A stretch of DNA of 64,000 nt from Octopus sinensis. Its lineage: Eukaryota. Under the pieces are notes generated by a model that saw only the letters and a list, made by a program, of their open reading frames with translations, was not told the origin of the DNA and did not search any database. The first letter of the stretch is position 1. Each line of letters starts with the position of its first letter. The translations under genes and the position numbers were made by a program. The DNA is taken from assembly GCF_006345805.1 (NCBI RefSeq), contig NC_043002.1:106144001-106208000 (forward strand), written 5' to 3'. Positions 39,221 to 54,710 of the stretch are shown here, in pieces.

Positions 39221-40096
39221 AAAGGTCATGATGTTTGAAGGGAGCACAGAATCTTCCATCTTTCAAGAGAAGGGTCATATTGGCTGACTGCTAACCCTAA
39301 AAATATAGAGTTCAAATCCCCGTCATGTGCTGACTGCCCAAAGTATAAGCCGAGTGACCATAATAGACACAGGTTCAAATTAATTATTGGTTAGAATAGG
39401 AGATTAACTGCCCCTAGGGATATTGGGTCAGGTTAAAAGTTATGATTGTCACTCTCAGCTGCTTTAAGAGCAATATATATCATCCTCATCAACATCACTA
39501 TTTCTATAATAATTAATTGTCACCAAACCAAACAGCATTTTTTTTTTTTGCTCAATATCTTAGAAACTGCAGTTATATAACCCTCAAACTGAATTCAGTC
39601 ATTGAAATAAGAGATAGTTTTAATATTGTAATTCTTAAGATGTGCCTAAAAGTACAGGGTCACAACTGGAAAGCCAATGATCAGTTGAGTGCTTGGTCAT
39701 GGTTGATTTAGGGCTCAACAACAATAACAACTGCCAATTCCAATAGAACCAACTGTTAAAGTTAGCAAATTTCCATTTTTGTCTTTTTTCTCCATTTTTA
39801 ATGATTTTTAAATATAAATAAGGACATTACCAATTGCAGTGATTTTAGTGTAAATGTGTATGCATACACAAAACACACAGAGCCACGCACACACACACAC
39901 ACATGTAAACATTGTGCAATCCCTGAACGTCCATGAAAGCAAGGGTCATTTGTATTAGTAGGAATCAATTCAGTGACATCAGAGACAAACAAGATGTTGG
40001 ATATGTTTTGTTTGGTGGATGAAGTATTCTGTTGTCTGGGTGTATAATAAGAAAGTTATACGATACATTCCATTTAGCATTTTAGATCACGTATTT

Positions 40097-40139
<43 letters not shown>

Positions 40140-40991
40140 GATTGCATAATCACCAGAATTTCAAGTGTACTACTGCTGCAGGTTGGAAATTTGATAAAGT
40201 GTGGATTGAGTTTGTATGTGTATCTTCTCTTATAGATTTCACTTGATCAAACTTTTATGAATGAAGCTTAAAAGTAGAATACACACACATGTACACATAC
40301 ACACACACGAGGCTGGGTGAGTGGCAGAATTGGGTGAGTGTTGAACAAAATACCTTGTGATATTTGGCATGGCATTTCTTTGCCTTCTGAATTTAAAATT
40401 CTACTCCTGCTAACTTTGGCATTCATTCTTAAAAAGGTTAATGAAATAATTAAACAAGAGGTGATACAATTAATTAAGTCTACAAATGTAGACCCCATTG
40501 TATGGCTGTGGTCCAATGACTGAAACTAGTTATAGAATATATATATTCTTTGACACTCACCCACACACACACACACACATATATACACCCATACACACAT
40601 TTATGCATGAATGGTGGAACTGGTAGCATGTTGGACAAAATACTTTGTAAGTATTTGGTGTTATTCTATGTTCAAATCCCGTCCAGGTGGACTTTGCCTT
40701 CCATTATTTCAAGATCAATAAGATTAGTAGCAGTGAAGCAGACTGATGTAAGATTTAACCCTTAAAAAAGGTGTCTCTGCTTTGCTAGTTTAATGATTGA
40801 TGCCAGTACAATATCAGGTGTGTGTGTCTATATATAGGTAACTGTATGATTATAGCCATACCATAATTCCATGCAGTCATCAAAATGGATAAAAAAATAC
40901 AATTGGTGGATGTGAGGTAGAAATAGAAAAGATGACTAGGCAGCTAGTCATGTGATATGTTTTTGTCATGTGATATAATGATGTCAGTGAA

Positions 40992-41320
40992 GGTGTGTGG
41001 CATAGTGGTTAGGGTATTCAGCTCACAGTCATAAGGTCATGAGTTTGATTTTCGGAGGCGTATTGTGTTCTTGAGCAAGATGCTTTATTTCACGTTGCTC
41101 CAGTCCACTCAGCTGGCAAAATGTGTGTACCTGTATTCCAAAGGGCCAGCCTTGTCACACTCTGTATCACGTTGAATCTCTCTCTCGCTCTCTGAGAACT
41201 ATGCTAAGGGTACACATGTCTGTGGAGTGCTCAGCCACTTGCATGTTTATTTCACAAGCAGGCTGTTCTGTTGACCAGATCATCTAGAACCCCCTCATTG
41301 TTGTAACCAATGGAGGACCA
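40992..41320 (+). mobile_element. tRNA-derived SINE, third family
   Basis: Head ggtgtgtggcatagtggttagggtattc, then gttgctccagtccactcagctg and gccagccttgtcacactctg. Related copies at ~57070-57360(-), 8900-9060(-) and 32250-32420(+). Confidence 0.75.
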
Positions 41321-44097
41321 ATTTTCTTTTTATGTGATGTAGTGATTTGTCCATTTCTCAGTAGGTTCTATTTTCGTTCATTAGTATATATGTGTATATA
41401 TATGATTATATATATATTGTGTTTGTCATGAGGAGCTCTCAGCTCAAGTCTTATGTTTAAGATAGTTGTTTGAGAGTACAGTGTATAATAATTCTTTTCT
41501 AAACAGAGACTGTATTTCTGAAAGGTGCTGCTACACACGCACACAAATATATATATATATATATATATAACGGATAGTTAGAGAACGATATAAATACAAA
41601 AACGTACACTTGGTTGTGTATCATGTATGATAACACTTAGACTGTTGTGTATATAGGCACACACTCACACACACACACACACACATATATGTTTAATCTT
41701 AATTATCATGTCATACCCTCCGAGGGTCACTGCAGCAGGTTATGTACAATCCAATGCTGAGCTATGCCAACTAATGTAGGGACCTATATTATCCATCGTA
41801 AATGGGGGCGCCAGTGAGAAACCTGGAAAACTCTTTGTCAGGAACATGTCCAAAACATAACAGTATTAATTTGTCCTCCTCTTCTTTCATCTCGCTCCCT
41901 CTCCCCTCATTCCCTGCATCTCTTGCCAACTGACGCAGCTCTTTACCACAACTTCACATCTCTCTTCCCTTGTCTTCTATCCATGTTTTATTCATTGACA
42001 CCATCATTAGGGTTTCATTCAATTGGGGTGAGGTGAATTACGTGTGTTACCAGGGAATATGTTTCATATGTGGGCCAAGATATTTACCTCATTGATAGCC
42101 AACTTCACTTTGCTGTCAATTGGTGCCACAAGGTCGTCTGTAGCTCATTATTGTAGAATGAGATAGCATTATAAGGTTGTTGAGGGCTTCAGTACATTAC
42201 ATTTTTAGATTCTGGCCATAGCAGATGCTGCAAGAAACAATAAGGTCCCTATGGTCAATTCTGTCTCCACCACACCATAGGGCAGATTTGAACTAAAGGA
42301 AAAAAAATCTTAAACTGAGTTCTGATGTTTCAGGTTAAACATTAAGCAGATTAATATCCAGAAGGACACGAAAAATCTATAGGAACTGCACTGCCTTTTC
42401 AAATGACTAATACACACACACACACACACACGTGCTGTTCTCTTTCTTGCATACCTTACTACTGTAGAATACACACACTCCTCCCTCTTAAGCACACACA
42501 CATACATACACTCACACATTCATAGCCCAACACACATAAGCCTATATCAATCCATAAAACTGGTGAGAAGTATAGAAGCTATGAACATTGGCAAGCTGAG
42601 TCTTAGGTCATAGCTTCATCTCCCAGATGTATAAAATTTACTTTAAATCACTAATGTTTTTTTATGATAGACATAAACACCGCACATGTTTATCTCCTTC
42701 TTTGCAGTCTAAAGCAAGGCTTAGACACTATGTAAAAGATCAATGATTATCTGTTAGGACACCTGAGTGAGGGTGGGAGATGGGAAAGCTTGTGTGTCAG
42801 GAAGAGAGAGATATGTGAGGAAGGAAGAGACAGGTGCAAGTGTGTGAGGTAAGATTGCAGGAGGGAGACAGCAATAACATCATTATAAACATTGTGTTCT
42901 AAGGACTAATGTGAAGAGGTTGCAAGGATGAGTGTAAAAGGATCAGAACAAATATGTAACTGGCATTTTAATGCAGTGAACCTATAGCTCTTGTTAGAGA
43001 GATCTAGAGGTGACTCAATCCAGCCTCAATAATATTTGGACTAAGAACAGTGAAATATCAAAGCAAGACATCAATACACATTTAGTCTTACCTTGCTGGA
43101 GTTTTGTGATGGTGCATCTTGTCGGTTAACTTGATTGTATTAATTTCTGGTGCTTCAAAAGGCATCACCTTGTTACAATAAGGATAAAAAGTTGTTTTTG
43201 TTTTATTTTGAGCTCCACCAGGTTCGATTTGAATTTGGCTAGTAAGTTGGTATTCAACATCGAATTTTATATATATATGTGTGTGTACAACAGATTTCAC
43301 TATCAGCTGTATCAACTGCATCAGTTGATGATGATGAGGATGATATTAATCCCAAATAATTATGACACTCATTACAAAGTGTAAAAGTGGGGATTATAAG
43401 AATCCATATTGTTTTCCTGCTATCTTCATAAGGATTAATAATGATGTTGTAATGGTATCGTTATTAGCATAATTGTAAGGGGATGAGCTGGCAGAATTGT
43501 TACTATGCCAGAGGAAATGATGCTTAGCAGCATTTCTGCCAACTTTTATGTTCTGAGTTCAGATCCTTTTCATCCTTTGGAGAGGAAGGGTGTCGATAAA
43601 ATAAGTACTGGTTGAGCACTGGGGTTGATGTGATTGACTACACAAATCCTCAAATTTGTTGGTCTGGTACCACAATAAGAAAGGATTATCATTATATTTC
43701 AGATAGAAATAATGCAATTTGCTGGGAACAAAAGTAAAATCACACCAGTAATTATTGGAGAACTTAGTAATATCATAATAAAAGCATGAACAAAAAGATA
43801 TTGTGACTTATACCATAACAAACACTTTTAGACAAAAACCTTCCTCTATTTCCTACAAAAACAAAAGCAGTAGACACTGCAAAAGTTGTGAATCAGATTT
43901 TCACTACTGCAATAACTTTATATAGCATATATTCTATACCAGATCATTTATGCAATAACACATTGTACGCAACATATTAAATGTGCAAGTATAAAACAAT
44001 ATTGTACACACCTGAGGATGACACATGTAACTGGGGATAGAGTTACAAATTTACATGAACACTTGAAAAAACACAATAATAACGATAATGACAATAA

Positions 44098-44128
<31 letters not shown>

Positions 44129-45033
44129 TGATGATGATAGCAATAATAATAATAATAATTTATGATAATTTATGATAATGATAATCTAAATTAAACATTG
44201 AATCTCCCAAAGACTGTTTTTGTTTCATGGGCATACAGAACTAATGATAAATCTTGGTGAAAGAAAACAAATATTACAATCATGATAATAATAATAATAA
44301 TAATAACAACAAAACAAATTATACTAAAAATAAAGAAAAAACAATAATATTAATAATAAAGTTCACCAAAAATAATACTTTTAATAAACCTTTCCATTTC
44401 ATTATTGGGTAGGAAGGGGTATCAATATTTAGATAAGCCTTTCTTATATTTTGTAAATCTTGTTTCATTTTTGTGTGTATATATGGAAGTGTGTGTGTGT
44501 TTGTGTCTGTGCGTGCATCACTTTTAATTTTTAAGCTTGTTATTTTTGTTTATTTTTTCCTGTACGACTCTCTAAGGATACAATGTGACAAAAAAAGTAA
44601 ATAAATAAAAAGAATGACAACAATATTAATAATAATGATAATGATAATAATAATATTGAAAATGATAATGATTCAATGTGGGAAGGCTTGTTGGAATAGC
44701 TATCGAAAAAATGCAAAAAAAAAAACCCAGAAAAAACAAAAATCAACCAATATGATATGAATTTTTTTCAAAAAAAGCCATAGATATATTCATTTGAATT
44801 TCTTCCTAATTTATGCAATGTTCTGACAGCAATTTTGTGCCTAAAATTTATTAAGTTGCATTATCGAAGAAAGGAAATTTATTTAAAAAAAAAATCATGA
44901 TGATGATAATAATAATAATTATTATAATCATTATTTCTAAAAACAACAGTTATATATATATATATATATTATATATATATATGTGTGTGTGTGGTATGTG
45001 TATATATAATATATACATATATATGTGTATATA

Positions 45034-45088
<55 letters not shown>

Positions 45089-45610
45089 GATATATATATA
45101 AATAATATGAATATTCATGAATAATGAACAAGCAAACCAACAAAAATAAATAATTGAAAAAAACATAACAAAAATAAAAGCATTAAAAATATTTAATTAA
45201 AAGTTTAAAAAAATTACATATATATATAAAATATATTACAAAAAAATGAAAAAACATTTTTAAAAAACTCATCAAAATGAAATATGAAAAGAAATGAAAT
45301 TTTAATTTATCAACGGAAAATCTATTGCATTGTATATAGTTTTTCGTTTTGAAAGTATTTTAATTTTTCACGTTTTCCCACGTTTTCCTGTGAATTATGA
45401 TTTTCGAATATCTGTGCCAAGTAATTTTTTGAAATGACAAAAACATTTTTGAAATTAATTCAAAATTCTCTCTGTTAAATATGATATTCTCAAAAAGTTG
45501 TTTCTGGCTGTGGGTGGGTGATAAATTTATATGAATATCATTGTGTATGTATTTGCATACATACATGTCAATATATGTATGTATGTATATATGCATGTGT
45601 GTATGTGTAT

Positions 45611-45665
<55 letters not shown>

Positions 45666-45786
45666 TATGTATATGTATATATATATATATAATGTATAAT
45701 TATTCACATAAATATATACACATATATTATGTGTGTATATACGAGTTTAAAATAATTACACATGCAAATATGTTAAAAAAACAATC

Positions 45787-45820
<34 letters not shown>

Positions 45821-46992
45821 ATACATATATATATATACGAATGCATGTGCTTATGTGTGTGTGTATGTGTATATATATAAATTATATACACATAATTCAG
45901 TTAAAAATGATCACACACAAATACGTACATGCATACATACATACATATATATACATATATATATGGAAAAAAAGAAATAATCAAACACATATGTATATAT
46001 AATGAATTGAAAAATAATCAATATACATATACACACATATATTCATATGTGTGTATATACACACATATATATGTGTATGTATATATATTGCATATAAAAA
46101 TGAGTTTAAAAATAATATATATACAGTTTTTTTTATAAATATATATACTTTGCTGTTTTGAAAAAAATAATAATAATAATAAAATGATATCCTTCAAAAT
46201 GTGTTTGTGGTAACATTAAGAACCACATTTGGATTATGTGTTGACGAACTTCTCAGCAAAAAGTTGTTGTTGTTTTTGTTGTTGTTGTTGGTTGAAATAT
46301 TTAAATTTTTAATTAAATATTTTTTCTTGTTTTTTTAAATGTTTTTTTTTTGACTAAAAAAAAAAGAAACAGAAGAAAAAGAATTAAAGACAAAACACCC
46401 CAAACATTTGTGTCGATGGCATTGAAAATGTAAATTGATGTCTTGTCTTAAATTTTTAATAAATACTTTGAAAATGTTTAAAAGCAGAAATGGATACAAC
46501 ACACATGTACACGCACACAAACACACACACACACACACACAAAATTTCTCTGATATATAAATATAGACTTGTGTATGCTACCACAGCCAGTACCACCAAA
46601 ACTATTTCAGGACAACAAGAACAAGAACAACAACCTTATCCACCAGACACCCACACAAAATTCTGTACAGTCATTTTCCTTCCTCCAACAATCCCTATAA
46701 TTCCAAGTCTATTTTGACAACAACACCAACAAAGACAACAGACAAAAGAAAAGTTGGTTCCCCAGCCCCACAAAACAACACCCTATGAAATACATAGCAA
46801 AACAAATAATTGTTGTTCCAATAATCTTTACATTCACTCACCCATCCATACACCTGCCTCTTCCCCCCTAATTTAATCCTACAATAATCACCAAACTTTA
46901 AATCAACAACAATTGACAACAAAAAGATAAAACCAAAATCTCTGATCTTTTATGAAAAAAAACAAAACAAGATTTTTTTTGATCCACAGGAA

Positions 46993-47029
<37 letters not shown>

Positions 47030-48699
47030 CATACACACAAACGAATTGTTAATATAATCTTAATTTTTTTTAACCCCCTTTCCTTATTATTATTATTATT
47101 TCTATTTTTATTTTTACATTTATTACTGAAATCCTGTTTCTTGTCACCCCTTGGTAAAATCCCTTATTATTATTATTATTATTATTATTATATTATTATT
47201 ATTATTATTACTATTATTATCATTATTATTATTATTTCAATTTTAATTGTTTTCTAATCTTGAAAAGTAAAAAATATTAATATTTTAGAAGTGTGTTTTC
47301 TTTGTTAGTTCAACTTCTCCACCACACAACTGCCCTTTCCTCCACCTGCCCCACCGTGTCATTTGTGTGATTGTTATCATTGTTCAAACTCTGTGGCCCC
47401 ACTGCCCATTATTATTTACTTCCACTTTTTACAGTTTCCATGATAACTAAACACTGAGAATTATACCAGAAAGGATTAGGAGATGAAAAAAAAAGATGCT
47501 TTAACTAACGAGGTTCAAATGTTTCTTTGTATATTAAATACCAGTAATATGCCAGGGTTCAATGAAATGAAACTTCATCCCTAAGTCGTTTTCAGTAATT
47601 CACTTTGTGGTTAATAAATTCTCATTATTTCATAAATATTTTGATGCGAAAAGACTGTGTTTACAGCCTTTTCATTTTGCCCTTTTTTGAACCCCTATAC
47701 AGTCTAAAATATGGATCTATAGGGCTCCATCTATATTGATAGAATTACACTTCCAGACTGACCTTTTTGAGATCGGTGAAGGTGTTTAATGTTTGCTGAA
47801 AATGGAGGGTTGGAGAGAAAAAAAAAAGACATAGGCAGGAATGAGTTTCAGTGAGCAGCATTTGTTGAAGGAGGAAGGATTGGTTGAAAAAATAAGTATG
47901 TTTAGTCTCATATCTGGGAGATGAGGAATGGGTCTGTGAGAGAGGTTATAGAGCCAAGCGGTATACAATCAGTACGTTTAAAAAAACAGACTGTTGCAGT
48001 TATGACACTTAACAATATTTGCACCCATGTTTCACCAGCAAGCTTTGTAGACTCTTTCATTTGAACCTGTGACCTGAACAGTTGTCATTCACTGTTGTTA
48101 GACCTCATTTATAACCAAGGGAAACCCTGGCTAGATTTTAACACATTCCTCTTTATGTGTCCCCAGCAAATATGTAATTTTGTTTCAATATTAGAAATGA
48201 TTATTATTGAAGCACAGACGTGGCTGTGTGGTTAAGAAGTTTTGTTTTTCAACCATGTGGTTTTGGGGTGTGATCATAGTGTGTGACACTTTGAGCAAGT
48301 GTCTTCTACTGTAGCCTCAGACTAACTATTGCCTTTTGAATGGAGTTTGGTGCATAGGAGCTGTATGAACACCCATTATTGATATATATATATATATATA
48401 TATATCATGTATGTATGTATGTAGTGTGTGTGTATGTGTGCAAGTATGCATGTGCGTGTTTGTATCACATGTCGGCATTGACATCCCCTTGCCATTCACA
48501 TTGTGTATGTCCCCCATAGATATATTTTGGTGGCTGCTGGGCATACAGAGATGTGAAATATAGTACTTTATTTGAAAAAAAGACATCTAAGGACTGGCAT
48601 CAGGACCAGTATCTGAGAGAATTCTGCCTCAAGTAGTTTCATTTAATTTTTGTCAGCCTGGAAGAAGCAGATGTTAAAATGGTGATTATTATGAGGAAA

Positions 48700-49245
48700 G
48701 CAGATTGGCAAACTTGATAGAATGCCTGACAAAATGGTAGAATACCTTTGAGTATATCTCTTTATGCTTTCATTTTAAATCTCACCAAAACCAACTTCAC
48801 TTTCGTCCTTCTGGCCCAAAAAGAAATAAACTTTGTAGCAGTGAAGTAGTGAGATTAATTTAATCAACCAGACTCCTTCCCCAAAATGTTTGAGCATTTT
48901 AGAAACTGCTTGAAATGTAACAAAATGGCAGAATTCTTAATACGTTGGACAAAATGGTTTGTGGTGTTTCATTCTTCTACATTCTGAGTTCAAATCCCAC
49001 TGAGTTCAGCTCTACTTCTTGTCCTTTTGAAGTCAATAAAATAAAATACTAGTGAAGTACTAAAGTGAATGTAATCAAGAAAACCCCTCCCCTTAAAATT
49101 GCTGGCTTTGTACCTAAGTCAGAGAGTCAAGCAAAATGCTTTGCAGTTTTTGTTCCAGCTCTTTACATTCAGAGTTCAATTCCAAATTTATTCAAATGTC
49201 CTCTTAACTTCCTTGAAATTTCAGGCCCTTGTTTCTATATTAGAA

Positions 49246-49283
<38 letters not shown>

Positions 49284-49995
49284 CTTTTAAATTATCTTGC
49301 AGTATTGTGTACCTTTATGTTCTGAGTTCAAATGTCATGAAGATTTACTTTGCTTTTTATCCTTCCACAGTTGATAAAACAGGGTTTTAAGTAGTAGGGT
49401 TGATTTGTTTGTCCCAACCCCACCCAAATGATGGGCCCTGGGCCTCTGTTAGAAACAGTTATTACTTTTGTGAGAGTGGTAAATGGCAGAATTAGTAAAA
49501 GAGAAAAAATGCCTACTAGTATTTATTTTATTTAACATTCTGAGTTCAAATTCCACACAGATGAAATTTACTTTTATCCATGTGGGTATGATAAAATAAG
49601 GACCAACCAAGCACCTGTCAGTTAATGGCCTTGTGCCATTTAGGAAAGATACAGTGTTGTTTAGTTATGTATTATGAGTTCAATCCTGAAGTGGTTGTCT
49701 TTGCTTCATCATTTTAGGAGTCAACAGAATATGTACAAAGTAGGTACTGGATTGACTGAATAAATCATATCCTCTCTTAAAATGTGTGGCCTTATGCCAA
49801 TGCTATAATATGGATAGTATGGTAGTAGAAAAAAAAATATGTTGCCATGTTACTTTAAATTCTGAGTTCAAATCACATTGAGATTAATTTTGTCTTTCAT
49901 CCACCCAAGGACAATAAAGCACATACCAGTCATGTTGTAGGGTTCATTCAACCAACTTATAATTCACCACTACACTTCATATTCTTGTGCCAAAC
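48700..49995 (+). mobile_element. Array of about 7 same-orientation decayed Meta/Nin-like SINE copies
   Basis: ttctgagttcaaat...tttcatcc-like blocks recur near 48770, 48982, 49168, 49320, 49538, 49673 and 49860. Confidence 0.7.
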
Positions 49996-51349
49996 AAGTT
50001 GTGTAGCTTTTGAGAAATATATTTGGACGGAGGGAGCGATGTGTGCTGGAGATGCAGGATAAAAAGGTAAAGGGTTCTTATTGTGACCTAGGCACTGTTT
50101 TGTTTCTTAGGGCTTTCATATGCAAACCTTGTTGATTATAAATGAAGCTGTTACCTTGATCCATAGTAAGCTCCTTGAAAGACAAATCTTGTGACACGGG
50201 TTCAAAAACTTCAAATGTTTTCACTGCTCATAGACTTGTTAACTAATCTGGAAAAGGCTTAAATGATACACCAATCCATCTTTTCCCCTTCCCTTAAAAT
50301 TCCACCCCATAAAACCCTTGAACACTTTACATCTATGTATAAAACATTGTAATTAATCATTTAAAGAGGCTGTGAGGATAGCAGAGAGAACAGATCCATA
50401 AACTACACACTTGATTGCAGCTACAGCTGTTTGCTTAAGTTCATTTAGCAACAACATGACTTCAGGTTCTGTCCTACTGCATAACAGCTTAGCAAGAGTT
50501 TTTTCAAAGCCTCCAGTTGACCAATGCCCTGAGTGAAATTGGGTAGACAGAAACTTTATGGAAGCCCATCAGAATGACTAGATTTTTGTGTACTGAATCC
50601 ATCATATGGTTTAACATACACACACAATGGTTCTTTGAGTATCTTTAATGGAATCCCCTCTGCTGCAAGCATTGAGGTCAGGTCTCCAATTTAAGGATAA
50701 CTTGTTTCTTTTCTCCCATCAGTCTTCAGGGCTCTGTACAAAAGGGTTATGAAGACTGACCTTCCTCCTCTGACAAAGTCATGTAAAACAAACAAATGAA
50801 AACATTAGACCACAATTTTGAGTTCAACCTTACAACGGCTGACAAGTTTGCTTTCCATTCCTTATGGGAAGTTTTTAACTTCAATGCCAGTAATATATAG
50901 GGATCTGTTCAGTTAATTATATCCCTTATGACAAAACTGGCCTTGTTTTCTTATGGAGTTTGTTACTCTATAATTCATTAGTTAAACAAATATCCAATTT
51001 TGGTAAAAAAAAAAGTCACAATTTTATATTATATTTAGTTCTTAACCTATTTTCCATCTTCTATTCTTTAAACTTTGTTTTTGTTACTTCCAAACAGCAT
51101 TTACAAATGTTTTTTATTTATTTATTTATTTTATTAAAAGCAATATTTTGCCAAGAAAACATACAAGTTTCAGGAATTCTTTACACTTAAAAAGTATTTT
51201 GGAATATTTTTCTTTTTTTCTTCTTTTTTTTTTTCATTTTCTGTATTTATTTTGAATACAAAATGGAAAAGAAAAACCATTGTACAGTATAAAAATGATG
51301 GTAATAAAATTAATTTAATATTATACATTTCTATCACACATCAGTTCTT

Positions 51350-51395
<46 letters not shown>

Positions 51396-51400
51396 CATAT

Positions 51401-51431
<31 letters not shown>

Positions 51432-51452
51432 CATACATATATACATACATAC

Positions 51453-51484
<32 letters not shown>

Positions 51485-51694
51485 CATACATATATACATA
51501 CATACATATATATATATACATACATATATAAACATATTTATATATATATATGCATATATAAATATATATATATATAAAAAAACATACATATATTTATATA
51601 TAATATATATATATGTTATATATATATATATATATATATATATGCTAATATGCTATACATATACACATACATTATGTGTACACATATTTATATG

Positions 51695-51725
<31 letters not shown>

Positions 51726-52576
51726 TGTCTGTGTGTGTATGTGTATGTATGTGCATATGTATACATGTAGGGAAATATATATACATGCACAATATAAATG
51801 CGTATGTGTTTGCATATATATATATATATATGTATGTATATATGTATATCAATTTGTTATTATGTAGACGTGTTTTTCTATGTATGATTAGTTATTCACA
51901 AAAAATCTGTAAAATATAAAATCACAATGACAATATATGTGGATACCAGCCCCGCCCATCCACCCACCTAGCCTCCCCCACACAAATACATACACGGATG
52001 ACAAATTCATAATGATAACAACAAAGATAACAATAACAACAACAACCACAACAATTCTTATTACAATCGTTATAAAATGGCTTGAGTTAAATTTCAAATA
52101 TATTGATGAACAGCAAACTTCCTATTTAAAAAAAACAACCAAAAAAAAAGGGGGGAAATATTAAAAAAAGGTTTTGGGTTTTTGGGGATTAAAAAAAGAA
52201 AAAAAAGAAAAATTTAATGATAATAATAATAATAATAATGATAATAATAATGATAATAATAATAATAATAATAATAATAATATATGTTATCAAACTGCAT
52301 CAAATATTTATCTGCATAAGTGTGCAAGTCTTTGTATATACTATGGCATGTGTGTGCGTGTAATGTGTGTGCTGTGTGCAGTGTGCATTTAATCTGCCAT
52401 ATTTTGACATTCATAATTGTTTAAACAAGTCAAGAACAACTGTAAAAATTGGTGTTTTTTTTTCCCTCCCATTTTCTAATTTCCCCCCACATTTTTTCCT
52501 AAACTGTTTTTCGAGGCCTTGTTTAGCTATTTTTTTTTTAAACATACATTGTTTGCCTTTCTCACTTGCTCTTTCT

Positions 52577-52614
<38 letters not shown>

Positions 52615-52928
52615 CTCTCTCTTTCTCTCACTCTCTTATTTTTTTCCTGCTCTCTTTAATTTTTCATCTCTGTCTCTCATATTGTCTCTGTAAGTTTCCC
52701 TCTACACACACACACACACAAACATATATAAACATACAAACACACACACACATGAACACATACATGCATATGTGCATGTATTTTTAATGAAAATGTGTGT
52801 GTGTGTGTGTGTGTATAAAAAGTACTAAAATCCACAATTCAGTTTGAATTGTAATTAGATTATTTCAAAGTACATTATTGCATTCTACAAAAAATATTAT
52901 TAGATACTGGCTTTCCTTTTTTTATGAG

Positions 52929-52970
52929 AATAAACATTGAAATATCTGTGGTCAATGTCCGGGTGTCAGC
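52929..52970 (+). terminator. Candidate distal polyadenylation signal
   Basis: U-rich upstream sequence, AATAAA at 52929-52934, then GT-rich tgtggtcaatgtccgggtgtc, at the end of a long UTR-textured region. Confidence 0.35.
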
Positions 52971-54189
52971 TTTTATTTAAGATAAACTGTAGCCTCTCAT
53001 AATATCCTATATACTTAACTGAAGGCTTTAGATGAAGGGAAACAGTCACCATTGTACATCTACATTACAATGATGATACTTTGTTTGAAGTGAAACCGGT
53101 ATGTAAAAATATATTCTATAAGATGTAATAGCATGTTTTGAAATAATTGGATTAGAAACTGTTATAAATTACAAATACAAAAGTGATAGTACTGTACAGA
53201 TTTTTCAACACACCATAACTTGTGTGGCATATATTTTGGTCTAATACATACATACATACATACATACATACATACATAAGTACATACATACCTATCTATC
53301 TCTATATATATGTATGTATATATATATATATATACATACAATACACACACATATATGTAGTATATAATATGTACATATATACACGATATATATTTATGTA
53401 CATATCTATCTAATTATCATTCTACCTCTCTCTCTCTCTCTATTTACACACAAACACACACATACACATGCACACACATATGTAGTTATACATCTATATA
53501 TATATATTTTTATATCCCTAAATAAATATATAATATGTATAATATACACACGTGCATATAATACATACATTCATACTACATATATGTATACATAATGTAT
53601 ACACACACACACACACATATATATAGATGTATATATATACACACACACACACACGTAATGTGTATATGTCTGTATGTACATATATATAACATTTTTATAT
53701 GTAGGTATTTCTATATATATATATCTGTGTATGTGTATATGTTAGTACATATGTATGTGTGAATGCATGTAAATATAGGTATATGTGAGTGCTAGTTTGT
53801 GGTTGTGTGTAGTTGAGTATTAGAGTTTGTGTGTGTGTATTTCATCAGTCTCCTTTAAAAAACAGAATATCACAGTGTCATGGAGAGTATACAATAAATC
53901 GAAAATAAGGAGTATATTCAGTTAAAACAATAAGTATTTCACAATATTAAAATGCTTACACACACTCACACACACACACACACACACACTACCAAGCAAA
54001 CAAACATCCACACACATATATACACATAAAAATACTTATACATACGAATGCATATTCATATGTATATATATACATGTGTGTATGTATCTAGATGTATATA
54101 TATATATACACATGTGTGTATGTATTTAGATATATCTAGACATATCTATGTGTATGAATATAGATAGTATGTATAAATATAGAAATAGA

Positions 54190-54660
54190 TAATATATAAA
54201 TATATGCAAATATACATACATATATGTACATACCTACATATATATGTATATATACGTGCATATATGGGTACAGGACATAAAATAAAACCTCAACAAAATG
54301 ATAAATGAGAACATAAAAAACATAGAAAACAAACTTTTTTTTGAACAATGAAATGAATAAATAGAGAAACGAGACAGACAACATAAAGAACATTCTCTTC
54401 ATCAGTTGTCCCCTGTTTTATCTATTCCGCAATGGGACAACTGATGAAGGGGATATTCTTCATGTTGTATGTCTCGTTTCGCTGTTTGTGTTTTTTCGTT
54501 GTTTGACAAAAGTTTGTTTCTATGTTTTTGTTTTTTATGTTCTCGTTTCTCATTTTGTTGATGTTTTTTTTATGTCCTGTACCCATATAATCATGTATAT
54601 ATACATATATATGTAGGTATGTATGTATACGTATGTATATATGCATATTTTCATATATTA
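54190..54660. repeat. Long inverted repeat (~220 bp arms, 21 bp spacer)
   Basis: Left arm ends ...cttcatcagttgtccc (54412) and right arm begins gggacaactgatgaag (54434). atatgggtacaggacataaaa pairs with ttttatgtcctgtacccatat. Confidence 0.85.
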
Positions 54661-54670
54661 TATTATATAA

Positions 54671-54710
<40 letters not shown>

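Noticed and set aside
51252-51919. Overlapping IY/CV/HT-rich ORFs here and at 44.9-46.1 kb, 56.2-56.7 kb and 61.0-61.4 kb
   Set aside because: Stop-free (TA)n, (TG)n and (CA)n tracts.
29641-52970. Musashi-binding (G/A)U1-3AGU elements implying autoregulation
   Set aside because: The motif is too short and frequent in AT-rich DNA to judge enrichment by eye.
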